A stretch of 64,000 nt of DNA from Candidatus Latescibacterota bacterium (GTDB lineage: Bacteria; Latescibacterota; UBA2968; GCA-2709665), in contig OZ242358.1 of assembly GCA_965208835.1 (NCBI GenBank), positions 4,480,001-4,544,000 of the forward strand, written 5' to 3'. The notes below the pieces were generated by a model. The model was given only the letters and a program-made list of their open reading frames with translations. It did no database searches and was not told where the DNA came from. This document shows, in pieces, positions 39,378-49,669 of the stretch. The first letter of the stretch is position 1; every line of letters begins with the position of its first letter. The position numbers were made by a program, and so were the translations under genes.

Positions 39378-39839
39378 ATGAGTTTGAATTTTGCCACCCG
39401 GGAAATCCAATCGCAGCCGATCGTGGGCATCCGCGCCACAACCACGATGGAGGAGATCAAACAGGTCATCGGCGCCCTTTTCGGCGAGATTATGGAGTAC
39501 TTTACCCGGAATGGACTTGCGCCCGCAGGAATGCCCTTAACGATTTACCACGAGATGGACGCCGACCGGCTGGAAATGGAATGCGGGATGCCGGTGGCGT
39601 CGCCCGTTGAGGGCACCGAGCGCGTTCGCCCTGGAGAATTGCCCGCCGGGAAGGTCGCGACCGTTACCCACATGGGTCCCTACGAGCAGTTGGGACAGAC
39701 GTGGTCGGCACTGATGAAATGGATGGAAGAGGAGGGCCTGCAGGCGGCGGGCGCCCCCTGGGAGGTGTACGTGACGGATCCCGGCGAGGAGCCCGACCAG
39801 TCGAAATGGCGAACCGACATCTTCTTTCCCATACGCTGA
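39378..39839 (+). CDS. GyrI-like small-molecule-binding domain protein
   Basis: GAGGAG RBS; LPAGKVA..HMGPYEQL, PWEVYVTDP..WRTDIFFP. Confidence 0.85.
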   Translation: MSLNFATREIQSQPIVGIRATTTMEEIKQVIGALFGEIMEYFTRNGLAPAGMPLTIYHEMDADRLEMECGMPVASPVEGTERVRPGELPAGKVATVTHMGPYEQLGQTWSALMKWMEEEGLQAAGAPWEVYVTDPGEEPDQSKWRTDIFFPIR

Positions 39840-39871
39840 CCGCCGCGACGGGCACCTGGATTCATCCGTTA

Positions 39872-40056
39872 ACAGTCCGTTGATAAAGTCGCTCTGCAGG
39901 CGAGGTATGGTGTCCCGTCCCGGAAATAGATTGCCATTTTGGCCGAAGACAAGGCGCGCGACCGAGTCCCATCCTGCGATTCGGCGAGGGAGCGCAACGC
40001 GGTATTTCGACCGCAAGGGCCGGCCGTAGCCCGGATGGACTTTATCAACGTGCTGT
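39872..40056. mobile_element. MITE-like palindromic element
   Basis: TIRs ACAGTCCGTTGATAAAGTC / GACTTTATCAACGTGCTGT (17/19 match); right end recurs at 58116-58142. Confidence 0.7.
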
Positions 40057-40069
40057 AAAGGAGTCGAGA

Positions 40070-40885
40070 ATGAAATACCGCTTTGCCGAAATGATCTGGT
40101 ATGAAATCAAGGAGGCGGCGGAGCAGGACCGTGTTGCCGTCCTGCCGGTCGCGACGTACGAGGACCACGGACCGCACCTCCCCGTGGATACTGACGTCGT
40201 CCTCTGCACGGAGATCTGTGAAAGGGCGGTGGCGCGGATCCCGTCGGAGGCCGTTCTGGCTCCGCCGGTCCCGCACGGGTACAGCCCCCATCACATGGAT
40301 TTTCACGGGACGCTGACGATAACCTGGGATACCTTCATCCGATACGTCAAGGATGTCTGCTGCAGCCTCGCCCACCACGGCTTCAAGCGGATCCTGGTCG
40401 TGAACGGCCACGGCAGCAATACGCCCCCGCTGGACCTGGCAACCCGCCTGACGGTGATCGAATACGAGGGCAGGGTTCTGTGCGGCTCGGTGAACCACTG
40501 GGGGCTCCGGAAGGTGAAAGAGGTGGGACGCGAACTGAGGGAGTCGGACTACGGCGGGACCTCCCACGGCGGCGAGTTCGAGACGTCGCTATACCTGGCA
40601 TTGAAACCGGACCTGGTCGATATGAGCAAGGCGGTCGACGAACGGTCGCCCCTGTCGAACAGCTTCCAGTCCGACCTGCTCGCGGGCGGCCATCCCGAAG
40701 GGTCCAGCGCGAATTTCACGCCATACTGGAGCACGAAAACCGCCAGCGGCGTGATGGGAGACGCGACGAAGGCCAGCCGGGAGAAGGGGGAGCAATTCCT
40801 CGAGGCGGGCATCGAGGGGCTGATCGAACTGGTTCGGGAACTCAGGGCGACCGAAATCATGGGCCGCCGCGACCAGCACGAATAG
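40070..40885 (+). CDS. Creatininase/creatinine amidohydrolase family protein
   Basis: [32 protein letters not shown]. Confidence 0.92.
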   Translation: MKYRFAEMIWYEIKEAAEQDRVAVLPVATYEDHGPHLPVDTDVVLCTEICERAVARIPSEAVLAPPVPHGYSPHHMDFHGTLTITWDTFIRYVKDVCCSLAHHGFKRILVVNGHGSNTPPLDLATRLTVIEYEGRVLCGSVNHWGLRKVKEVGRELRESDYGGTSHGGEFETSLYLALKPDLVDMSKAVDERSPLSNSFQSDLLAGGHPEGSSANFTPYWSTKTASGVMGDATKASREKGEQFLEAGIEGLIELVRELRATEIMGRRDQHE

Positions 40886-40901
40886 ACGAAGGGTCGAATC
40901 C

Positions 40902-41903
40902 GTGAAGACTCACGTTTTCACCAGCGGACGGGATGGCTATCACACGTACCGGATTCCCGCCGTGCTTGCCGCTGCGAACGGAACGCTGCTGGCCTTGTGC
41001 GAAGGCCGGCGTAACAGCCGTTCGGACCACGGAGATATCGATCTCCTGGCAAAGCGTTCCGAAGACGGTGGGCAGTCCTGGTCGGCGCAGCGGGTCGTCT
41101 ACAGCGAAGCGGGCGAGGTCACGATCGGCAATCCCTGCCCTGTGGTGGACGCGGAGACAGGCACGGTGTGGATGTTGTTCTGCAGAGACAACGTCGATGT
41201 GCTAGTCACACACAGTAGAGACGACGGTCTGACGTGGTCCGATCCCATCGACATCACGAGTGACGTCAAGAAAGAAACGTGGACCTGGTATGCGACGGGC
41301 CCGGGCGTGGGCATCCAGCTCCGGAACGGGGCGCGCAAGGGGCGGCTCCTGATTCCCTGCGACCACAGGAACCCGGAAGCGTACGACTGCGGTTCCCATT
41401 CCGTCTACAGCGATGACGGAGGGGCGTCCTGGCGTTTGGGCGGTTCGGTCCGGCCGGGGGCCAACGAATGTCAGTTCGGTGAACTCGCGGACGGGACCGT
41501 GGCCATGAACACCCGGATGCAGACGCACAGCGAGGGGTATCGCGGAACCGCGTTGAGCCGGGACGGAGGCGAGTCCTGGTCTGAATTCCGGCACGACCGC
41601 AATCTGCCCTGCCCGAAGTGCCAGGCCAGCCTGGTGGGTGGCGGCAACCCGGACAGCCTGCTGTTTTCGAATCCCGCGCCGCCCGTTCCGCCAGAAGCCG
41701 GCGGCGGAGAGCGGGCGAACATGACCGTCCGGCTGAGCAACGACGGAGGCAGGACCTGGCCCGCGTCCGAATTGCTGCACGAGGGACCCGCGGCGTATTC
41801 CTGCCTGGCTTTACTTCCGGACGGCTCGGTCGGCTGCCTGTACGAAGCCGGGTCGAAATCCCCCTACGAGCACATTGTCTTCGAGCGTTTCAGGTTGAAT
41901 TGA
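40902..41903 (+). CDS. Sialidase (GH33-like exo-alpha-sialidase)
   Basis: YRIP motif, five Asp-boxes (SxDxGxxW), NECQ, AAYS; no signal peptide. Confidence 0.9.
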   Translation: MKTHVFTSGRDGYHTYRIPAVLAAANGTLLALCEGRRNSRSDHGDIDLLAKRSEDGGQSWSAQRVVYSEAGEVTIGNPCPVVDAETGTVWMLFCRDNVDVLVTHSRDDGLTWSDPIDITSDVKKETWTWYATGPGVGIQLRNGARKGRLLIPCDHRNPEAYDCGSHSVYSDDGGASWRLGGSVRPGANECQFGELADGTVAMNTRMQTHSEGYRGTALSRDGGESWSEFRHDRNLPCPKCQASLVGGGNPDSLLFSNPAPPVPPEAGGGERANMTVRLSNDGGRTWPASELLHEGPAAYSCLALLPDGSVGCLYEAGSKSPYEHIVFERFRLN

Positions 41904-41912
41904 GAAAACGCA

Positions 41913-43238
41913 ATGGATGAGACTACGTCTGGAAGCGGTCCTGCGCTCGAGGAACGATATCGGGCGGCGAGCCCGCGTTCCCGGGCGGCATTCAATCGTG
42001 CCAATGCGGTGATGCCCGGCGGCGTGAAAGGGGCGTACTTCTACCAGCCCTATCCGCTGACCATTGAGCGCGGCGATGGCTGTTACGTGTACGACCTGGA
42101 CGGCCGCAAGCTGGTGGATTTCAACAACCACCATACGGCGCAGATCCTGGGCCACAACCATCCGGCGGTCGTTGCCGCCGTACGAGAGCAGGTTTCCAGG
42201 GGGATTGCGTTGAGCGCGCCCGCGGGCGTGGAGGCGGGACTGGCTGAAGCAATGTGCGGCCGGGTAAAGACCGTGGAGAAGATCCGGTTCTGCAATTCCG
42301 GCACGGAAGCCACCCTGCACGCCATTCGACTGGCGCGAGGCGTCACCGGAAGGACGAAGATCGCCAAATTCGAGGGTGGATACCACGGCAGCCACGACGT
42401 GGTGGAGGTGAGCGTGGCGCCGCCGCTGGAGAAGGCGGGGCCCGCGTCGGCGCCGCGTTCGGTTTCCACGGCGGGCGGCGCTTCGCCGAATGCCGCCGGC
42501 GAAGTGGTGGTCCTGCCGTATAATGACGAAGACGCTATTGAGCGATTGCTGGCGCGGTATCGACGCGAACTGGCGTGCGTGATATTCGACCCACGGGCGG
42601 GCATATTGTCCCAACGCGCGGAGTTCGCGCAGTTCGTATGCGACATGGCGCGGAGGCACGACGTACCCGTGATATTCGACGAGATCGTTGGATTCCGGTT
42701 CGGTACCGGGGGTCTTCAGGAGCACTATGGCATCGAGCCGGATCTGACGACGTTCGGAAAGGTCATCGGGGGCGGATTTCCGGTGGGCGCCTTCGGAGGC
42801 CGGGCCGACCTGATGGATCGCTTCGACTCCTCCCGGGGGCCGACAGGCTTCTTTCAGAGCGGGACGTTCAGCGGGCATCCCGTGGCCATGGCCGCGGGTC
42901 TGGCGACCCTGAAGCAGTTGACGCCGGACGTGTTCGCGCACCTCAACCGGCTGGGAAAACGGCTCAGGGACGGGTTGAACCGGCTGTTTTCAGAACGTGA
43001 AGTCGATGCCACGGCCGTAGGCGTGGGATCGTTGTTCAGCATCCACTTTTCGGGCGAAGAAATGCTGAACTACCGACATCTGGCGCGAACCGACAGTGCG
43101 GCGGCGCACCGGATGCTGCTCGGACTGATCGAACGGGGATATTTCCTGGGTAACGGGCTGTTGATGTGCGCCATCTCCGCGCCGATGGACGAAAGTCACG
43201 TGGACGGATTGATCGATGCTGTCGAGGGAGCGATTTAA
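41913..43238 (+). CDS. Class III aminotransferase, glutamate-1-semialdehyde aminomutase-like
   Basis: NSGTEAT, FEGGYHG, IFDEIVGFR, TTFGKVIGGGFPVGAFGG, SGTFSG. Confidence 0.88.
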   Translation: MDETTSGSGPALEERYRAASPRSRAAFNRANAVMPGGVKGAYFYQPYPLTIERGDGCYVYDLDGRKLVDFNNHHTAQILGHNHPAVVAAVREQVSRGIALSAPAGVEAGLAEAMCGRVKTVEKIRFCNSGTEATLHAIRLARGVTGRTKIAKFEGGYHGSHDVVEVSVAPPLEKAGPASAPRSVSTAGGASPNAAGEVVVLPYNDEDAIERLLARYRRELACVIFDPRAGILSQRAEFAQFVCDMARRHDVPVIFDEIVGFRFGTGGLQEHYGIEPDLTTFGKVIGGGFPVGAFGGRADLMDRFDSSRGPTGFFQSGTFSGHPVAMAAGLATLKQLTPDVFAHLNRLGKRLRDGLNRLFSEREVDATAVGVGSLFSIHFSGEEMLNYRHLARTDSAAAHRMLLGLIERGYFLGNGLLMCAISAPMDESHVDGLIDAVEGAI

Positions 43239-43334
43239 AGTCGCTAATCGTCTCTGACTATTGTGGCTTCGTGTTCTTCAGCAGCGACCCTGCAGAGCAA
43301 AAAAGATCATACTTACCCTTTCAATGAAACAATC

Positions 43335-43420
43335 ACTCCCCCCTTGAGGGGGAGTCGCAGAAGCCGAGCCGTTCCCTGAGCTTGTCGAAGGGCCGGCGAT
43401 GGCTGATGCGGTGGGGGGAC
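43335..43420. repeat. REP/MITE-like repeat, family A copy 1
   Basis: ACTCCCCCC-TTGA-GGGGGAGT hairpin plus CCCTGAGCTTGTCGAAGGG core, shared with 50595 and 53056. Confidence 0.75.
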
Positions 43421-43611
43421 TTCAATGCCCTACTGTATGTATGCATCTTGGCATTGTACACTCTCATTCTGCGTTGACGCCTTATTGTAAGACTCGCAGC
43501 CAGGTTTATATACCCTTGCCCCACCGGCCTGGAGGCTTTTCTGGTGACTTATATTCACGCGGTCGTCCGCGGCATGCCGCATAAGAGGTGTTGATTCGGG
43601 AGGACAATCAG

Positions 43612-44379
43612 ATGCGATACATCGACACACACGCCCACCTGGGGCCGTGGTTCGACGAAATCACGACATTTTCAGCCGAGGGCTTCGTGGCCATGCAGGA
43701 ACGGGCGGGAATCGAGCGAACCGTGGTGACATCCGGGTCCGCCCTGTTTACAGAATTGATATATGGCAACGAATGGACCATACAGCAGGCCGAGAAACTG
43801 GATCATCTGCTCGTCTGGCTGGTGTTGAATCCGTTGAAAATGAGCGAGTCGCTGGCGTTGCTGGACCGTTTCAAGGATCATCCCAAGGTCGCGGGCTTCA
43901 AGATCCACCCGGTACAGCACAAGTATCCGGCGGACATCAAGCCCACCTTCCGGCTCTTCGAAAAGCTGGAGCCGCTCGGGCTTCCGGTGCTTTCGCATGG
44001 AGAGAACGAATCGTACGCGGCGCCTGCCCGGCTGCGGCGGGTGGCCGAAGCCTTTCCGACCGTGACAGTTATTACGGCGCATTTTGGCGCGGGACAGCCA
44101 GGCCAGACGTACGAGGCAATTGATGCGCTCCAGGATTGCAAAACGGGCAACCTTTACACGGATATGGGTACGGCAAGGGCAATCCGCACAGGCATGATCG
44201 GGCTGGTGGTGCGCGAAGTCGGGGCGGACCGGGTGTTGTTCGGTACGGATTCGCCTCTGTACGAGCCGATGGCGTTCCCCGCGCTGCTGGCGGCGGCGAA
44301 TATTACGGACGACGAACGGGAACAGATCGCCTGGAGGAACGCGGAGCGGCTCGTGCTCGCGCCGAAGGGATTGTCATAG
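43612..44379 (+). CDS. Amidohydrolase family protein
   Basis: IDTHAH, GFKIHP, SHG, TAHFG, LFGTDSP. Confidence 0.9.
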   Translation: MRYIDTHAHLGPWFDEITTFSAEGFVAMQERAGIERTVVTSGSALFTELIYGNEWTIQQAEKLDHLLVWLVLNPLKMSESLALLDRFKDHPKVAGFKIHPVQHKYPADIKPTFRLFEKLEPLGLPVLSHGENESYAAPARLRRVAEAFPTVTVITAHFGAGQPGQTYEAIDALQDCKTGNLYTDMGTARAIRTGMIGLVVREVGADRVLFGTDSPLYEPMAFPALLAAANITDDEREQIAWRNAERLVLAPKGLS

Positions 44380-44424
44380 AAACTTCCGATGTTGTTGAGT
44401 CAGTGCGTCAGGGGGAATCGATAG

Positions 44425-45777
44425 ATGAAACTGGATGGTCGCCGGCGGCGACTGCTTGAAAGGACGTTCCTGGACTATCAGCAGACGTCGGCTTTCATGG
44501 AACATCCGTTTATCGTTAAGAGAGCGCAAGGACTTCACTATTGGGATACGGACGGCACGCGTTATTTCGACGGGATCGGCGGCATCTTCGTGGCTTCGCT
44601 CGGACACGGGCACCCCAGGGTTCTGGAGGCGATGCGAAGGCAGGCGGAAACGCTGGGGTTCTCCCCGCCAATGCACGGGCTTTCGGACGTGGCGCTGGAC
44701 TTCGTCGAGAAGCTGAGCGAGGTGACGCCCGAGAATCTGAATTTCATCAAATCCTACAGCGGCGGGTCCGAAGCGGTCGAATCCGCATTGAAGTTCACCC
44801 GGCAGTATTTCAGGCAGAGCGGCCACCCGGGCAAGTACAAATTCGTCAGCCGTTATTTCGGGTATCACGGCGCCACGTTCGGCGCGATGGCGGCCAGCGG
44901 GACGGGAAAACGCAAGACGCCGTTCGAACCCCAGGCGGGCGGATTCCTGAAGGTTTTCCCGCCTACGTATTACAGAGACCGTTTTGCTTCCTGGGAGGAA
45001 TGCAACCGTTTCTGCGCACAGATGTTCGAGGACGTGATCGTCAGCGAAGACCCGGATACGGTGGCGGGCGTCATCCTGGAGCCGATAGGCAACACCGGCG
45101 GAATTATCACACCCACCGAGGAATATTTCCGGATGATCCGCGACATTTGCGACCGTTACAACGTGATGTTGATCTTCGATGAGATCATTACGGGGTTCGG
45201 CAAGACCGGCTCGATGTTCGCCGCCCAGACGTTCGGGGTCACTCCGGATATCATCTGCGCGGGCAAGGGGATCTCGAGCGGGGCGTATCCGGTGGGCGCG
45301 ATGATGGCGCGGGAGGATATGGGAAACGTCTTTCTCGGTCCGGTGGAGGCCGACGTCAATTTTGCACACGGACATACGTTCGCGGCCAATCCGGTCGCGT
45401 GCGCGGTGGGCATGGCCGTGATCGACGAAATCGTCGAACAGGAGCTGGACCGCAAGGCGGGGGAACTCGGCCGCTATTTGGCATCGAAGCTTGAAGGATT
45501 GAAGGACCTGGGCGTGGTGCGGGAAGTGCGGGGCCGCGGGCTGCTGCAGGGCGTGGAACTGGTGAGGGATACGAAGTCGATGGCCCTGTTTCCGGAACTG
45601 GGGCGGGCGCTGAAGCGGACTTCACTGGAGAACGGGCTGCTGATTCGCATCGATCCCGCGTGGTTCGCTGTTAGCCCGGCGTTGATCGTACAGCGGGAGG
45701 ACATCGACGAGTTGTGCGATCTGGTGAGGAAGAGCCTGGTCGACGCGCTGGAGCAGGTTGATTCGCAGTATAGCTAG
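44425..45777 (+). CDS. Class III aminotransferase (omega-amino acid/polyamine type)
   Basis: SGGSEAVE, YHGATFG, IFDEIITGFGKTG, AGKGISSG, HGHTF. Confidence 0.9.
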   Translation: MKLDGRRRRLLERTFLDYQQTSAFMEHPFIVKRAQGLHYWDTDGTRYFDGIGGIFVASLGHGHPRVLEAMRRQAETLGFSPPMHGLSDVALDFVEKLSEVTPENLNFIKSYSGGSEAVESALKFTRQYFRQSGHPGKYKFVSRYFGYHGATFGAMAASGTGKRKTPFEPQAGGFLKVFPPTYYRDRFASWEECNRFCAQMFEDVIVSEDPDTVAGVILEPIGNTGGIITPTEEYFRMIRDICDRYNVMLIFDEIITGFGKTGSMFAAQTFGVTPDIICAGKGISSGAYPVGAMMAREDMGNVFLGPVEADVNFAHGHTFAANPVACAVGMAVIDEIVEQELDRKAGELGRYLASKLEGLKDLGVVREVRGRGLLQGVELVRDTKSMALFPELGRALKRTSLENGLLIRIDPAWFAVSPALIVQREDIDELCDLVRKSLVDALEQVDSQYS

Positions 45778-45799
45778 AACCCCTCAAAGGGAGGCGGAA

Positions 45800-46465
45800 A
45801 TGACGGCAATGAGAATGACGGTACTCTTGTGTTTCCTGCTGCTGGCAACGCCGCAGATCGTAAGCGCCGGCGAAATGGAAAGACGGTCCCGTATCGAGCT
45901 CAGGATGGGACTGCGTAATCACGGGGGAACGACCGGCGCGGCAACGCGGATCGGTCCGCTGGGGGTGGAAACGACCGCTGGAGCGGACGATGTATTCTTC
46001 TCGCTGGGTTACTCGCGCTGGATGAAGGAGAACGTCGCCGGCCAGGCCACGGTTGGCGTCCTGTCGGTCGAGGCGAGTTCACGCGCTGGGCCCTTGGGCG
46101 TCTCCCAGCAGGCGGCGGTCATCTGCCCCATGATCGTCGGCATGAGATATTATCCGCACAAGGGTTCGCTCGACACCGCGTTCAGGCCCTTTCTGACCGC
46201 GGGTATAGGACTCATCACCGGGTTTCAGTCCAGGAACGACGTCGGGCTACACGTGGTACAGGAATCCGGCGCGATGACGACATTCGGAAGCCGGGCGGGC
46301 GTGGGGTTTGATCTCGGTATGGGTCGATCCTTTGTAGCGATTGCAGACCTGGGATATAGCCTGATGACGGATTTTTCAGACGAGATAGGCGGCCGGCGCA
46401 ACTACAGCGGACTTGAATTCGGCCTGGGCATCGGCTGGCAGTTCGGCGGGAGCGCCGCACAATAG
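45800..46465 (+). CDS. Outer-membrane beta-barrel protein
   Basis: Signal peptide, amphipathic strands, C-terminal GLGIGWQF. Confidence 0.7.
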   Translation: MTAMRMTVLLCFLLLATPQIVSAGEMERRSRIELRMGLRNHGGTTGAATRIGPLGVETTAGADDVFFSLGYSRWMKENVAGQATVGVLSVEASSRAGPLGVSQQAAVICPMIVGMRYYPHKGSLDTAFRPFLTAGIGLITGFQSRNDVGLHVVQESGAMTTFGSRAGVGFDLGMGRSFVAIADLGYSLMTDFSDEIGGRRNYSGLEFGLGIGWQFGGSAAQ

Positions 46466-46503
46466 GCACGACCTGAGCAGGCCCGCAAATGCAGGAGGTT
46501 GCG

Positions 46504-47604
46504 ATGGCGAAGTACAAAGTGGCGATCATTGGCACCGGCCGGGTGGGGTACCAGTTCAGTTTCGGCGACCTGCCGGACAACCACGCCGATGCCCTCAGCC
46601 AACATCCGGATTGTGAACTCGTGGCGGGTGTGAACCGGGGTCGTGAAAAGCTGGAGGTCTTCGGGCAGCGATACGGGATCGACGCACTGTATCACGACTA
46701 CCGGCGAATGCTGGACGCAGTCAGGCCCGATATCTGCATTGTGGCCACCCATCCGGAACTGCATTGCGAAATGGTGGAAACATGCGCCGCGGCGCCCGCG
46801 ACGAAAGCGATCATCTGCGAAAAGCCGATGGCGCTGTCCCTGGAGGAATGCGACCGGATGATCGCCGCCTGCGACAACGCGGGCATCCTGCTGCAGGTCA
46901 ATCACAACCGCAGGTGGTCTCCGGAGTGGAACCTGGGACTGCGGCTGCTTCGGGAAGGCGCGATCGGAGAGCTGAACCACGTCTATTGTTACATGGACGG
47001 GGGCAAACCTGACCCCTCGTGGCGAAGCGAGAACGAAGGGCCGTTTCTGCACGACTTTACACACTACTTTGACCTGATGGATATGTACGCCGGGGAGGTG
47101 GCCTGGATGTGCGGGATAGCGGAGCAACGGATGCGTCCCTGGGCAGTGGAGGACTTCGGCGCGGCCATCGTGAAATTCAGGAACGGTTCGACGGGTCTGG
47201 TCCACGGCGCCGAATTGACATCCTATACCGACAATGCGTTCGAGTTGCGCGGCACCGAGGGCGTCATCCGTTTTCTGGGAGAACGGGTCCATCTCTATTG
47301 CGCGGTTGAGGATGACTACGAACCGGACAGCGGGTTTCAGTGGCATGCCCTGCAGCACACGCCCGTCGACCACCCGTCGCCCGCGTCCACATATGTCGTC
47401 GCGCTGAACGAGCTGGTCGAAGCGCTGGAAGGCCGCGGGGAATTGCGCAGCGACGGACGGGTGGGGCTGCGATCACTGGAGATGGTGATGGCGATCTACC
47501 AGTCCCAGCTCACGGGGAACCGTCCGGTCGATTTCCCGCTCGAAGCGCGCGGTTCGGGCGTGGCGGCCCTGCGGGACGCGGGACAGTTTGTCGATCGGAA
47601 TTGA
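46504..47604 (+). CDS. Gfo/Idh/MocA family oxidoreductase
   Basis: IIGTGRVG, CEKPMA, HDFTHYFD. Confidence 0.9.
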   Translation: MAKYKVAIIGTGRVGYQFSFGDLPDNHADALSQHPDCELVAGVNRGREKLEVFGQRYGIDALYHDYRRMLDAVRPDICIVATHPELHCEMVETCAAAPATKAIICEKPMALSLEECDRMIAACDNAGILLQVNHNRRWSPEWNLGLRLLREGAIGELNHVYCYMDGGKPDPSWRSENEGPFLHDFTHYFDLMDMYAGEVAWMCGIAEQRMRPWAVEDFGAAIVKFRNGSTGLVHGAELTSYTDNAFELRGTEGVIRFLGERVHLYCAVEDDYEPDSGFQWHALQHTPVDHPSPASTYVVALNELVEALEGRGELRSDGRVGLRSLEMVMAIYQSQLTGNRPVDFPLEARGSGVAALRDAGQFVDRN

Positions 47605-47631
47605 ACATCAAACGGTAAGAAGAGGATTGCA

Positions 47632-49449
47632 ATGGCGGAGACCGAAGCGCGGGGGTCGTGGATCGAGTACGATGTGATCGTCCGAAGAAACGTGATGGTC
47701 CCCATGCGGGACGGCGTGAAGCTGGCGACGGACCTGTATTTCCCAGCGAAGCACGGGGAGATTGTGCAGGGCGCGTTTCCCGCGGTAATCGAGCGCACGC
47801 CGTACGATAAAGAATCCAAATTCAGTGAAGGCCGGTATCTCGCGCGGCGCGGGTACGTGGCCGTGCGCCAGGACGTCCGGGGGCGTTTCGAGTCGGAAGG
47901 CGTGTGGCATCCGTTCGCAAAGGAAGCGCCGGACGGGTACGATACCGTAGAATGGGTTGCCGCACAGCCATGGTGCGACGGAAACGTGGGGACAATGGGC
48001 GGGTCCTACTGTGGAAGCGACCAGAGCGCGCTGGCCACGCTGAATCCACCCCACCTGAAGGCGATGGTTGTCGCGGTGGGTACGTCGAACTATCACACCA
48101 GTTCGATGCGGCAGAACGGCGCCCTGGAATTGCGGTTCATGATCTATGCGTTCAGGATGGCGACGACAAGCAGGGAAGCGCTCGCCGACGCAACGCTGAA
48201 GGCTGCGCTGGACGCGGACTTCGCGAGGGTGGGCGAATGGCTGACGAGGACGCCCTACAGGAAAGGGTCTTCCGCCCTGCGGTTTCTGCCCTCCTATGAA
48301 CAGTGGGTGCTGGATCTTCTGGGAGAAGGAGACTTCAACGAATATTGGAAGCAGCGGGGATATGCGATCGACCACTACTACGACGAGCACGCGGACGTGC
48401 CCACGATTTATCTGGGCGGGTGGTACGACACCTACACCCGGGGAACCACGGCGAACTACGTGGCGCTTTCCAAACGGATGGAATCCCCGCAGCAGCTGCT
48501 GATGGGCCCGTGGACTCACGGCGGCTGGGGGAACTCGTTCGCGGGAGACGTGGATTTCGGTCAGGAATCCGTCCTGGACGATTACGACGGATACCGGCTG
48601 CGCTGGTTCGACAGGTGGTTGAAGGGCATTGACAACGGCGTCGACCGCGAAAAGCCGGTACGGATCTTCGTGATGGGCGGCGGCGACGGCCGCAGGAACC
48701 GGGAGGGGCGACTGAACTACATGGGCGTCTGGCGCGACGTGGAGGACTGGCCGCTTCACGGGACGCGGTTTACGCCGTACTATCTGCACCAGGACGGCAG
48801 CATCGGAGAAGACTTGCCTGAACCTTCCGATCCGAGCCGGTACACGTTCGATCCAAGGGATCCGGTTCCCACGGTCGGCGGCAATCTGTCCGCGGGGGAT
48901 CCGATTCTCGTTGCAGGCGCGTACGACCAGCGAGGCGATTCACGCTTCTACGGATGCACGGACAACCTGCCGCTGTCGGCGCGGAGCGACGTCCTCGTCT
49001 TTCAGACGCCCGAATTGAAGGAGCCCCTGGAAGTCACGGGACCGCTGACGATGAAACTGTGGGCGTCTTCCTCTGCGAAGGACACGGACTTTACGGTAAA
49101 ACTGATCGACGTGCATCCCCCGAACGAGGATTATTCCGATGGCTTCGCCCAGATTATAACGGACAGCATCGTCAGGGGACGTTACCGGAACTCGCGGGAT
49201 ACACCGGAATTGATGTCGCCGGGAGAAATCCATGAACTGGAAATAGTAATGTATCCGACCTCCACCGTATTCGGCGTGGGGCACCGCATCAGGGTGGATG
49301 TCTCCAGCAGCAATTTCCCCAGGTTCGACATCAATCCGAATACAGGAGGCCCATTGGGACGGGACCGCCGGGTTGTCCTCGCGGAAAACGCGGTGTTTCA
49401 CGATCCGGAACACCCTTCGCACATCGTCCTTCCCATCATCCCAGGGTAA
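47632..49449 (+). CDS. CocE/NonD family serine hydrolase
   Basis: MRDGVKLATD, RTPY, QDVRGRFESEG, GGSYCG nucleophile motif, GGWYD, GPWTH, SSNFPRF. Confidence 0.93.
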   Translation: MAETEARGSWIEYDVIVRRNVMVPMRDGVKLATDLYFPAKHGEIVQGAFPAVIERTPYDKESKFSEGRYLARRGYVAVRQDVRGRFESEGVWHPFAKEAPDGYDTVEWVAAQPWCDGNVGTMGGSYCGSDQSALATLNPPHLKAMVVAVGTSNYHTSSMRQNGALELRFMIYAFRMATTSREALADATLKAALDADFARVGEWLTRTPYRKGSSALRFLPSYEQWVLDLLGEGDFNEYWKQRGYAIDHYYDEHADVPTIYLGGWYDTYTRGTTANYVALSKRMESPQQLLMGPWTHGGWGNSFAGDVDFGQESVLDDYDGYRLRWFDRWLKGIDNGVDREKPVRIFVMGGGDGRRNREGRLNYMGVWRDVEDWPLHGTRFTPYYLHQDGSIGEDLPEPSDPSRYTFDPRDPVPTVGGNLSAGDPILVAGAYDQRGDSRFYGCTDNLPLSARSDVLVFQTPELKEPLEVTGPLTMKLWASSSAKDTDFTVKLIDVHPPNEDYSDGFAQIITDSIVRGRYRNSRDTPELMSPGEIHELEIVMYPTSTVFGVGHRIRVDVSSSNFPRFDINPNTGGPLGRDRRVVLAENAVFHDPEHPSHIVLPIIPG

Positions 49450-49515
49450 AAAAAGACAAGAGTCAAATTGGCCACAAAAGCGCAGCTAGTTCTGCTGTTG
49501 CGTCAATGCCTATTA

Positions 49516-49636
49516 TTCGCGTCATCTCGCGTTATTCGTAGTTTGATGCCCTTCGGCTTCTTTCGTGGTTTTTCGTATTCTCGTATTCTCGCGCCGTTCA
49601 GCTTTTTTTCGCGGCATTTCGCGTTGTTCGTAGTTC
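49516..49636. repeat. Degenerate ~9-nt tandem repeats (TTCGCG/TTCGTG-type)
   Basis: ttcgcgtca tctcgcgtta ttcgtagtt ... ttcgcggca tttcgcgttg ttcgtagtt. Confidence 0.6.
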
Positions 49637-49669
49637 ATTTTTTCGGTTTTTGGACAGGCGTGCGGGCAG

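Noticed and set aside
41913-43238. hemL assignment
   Set aside because: Family motifs are present but diagnostic segments diverge and there is no tetrapyrrole gene context; left as a GSA-like aminotransferase.
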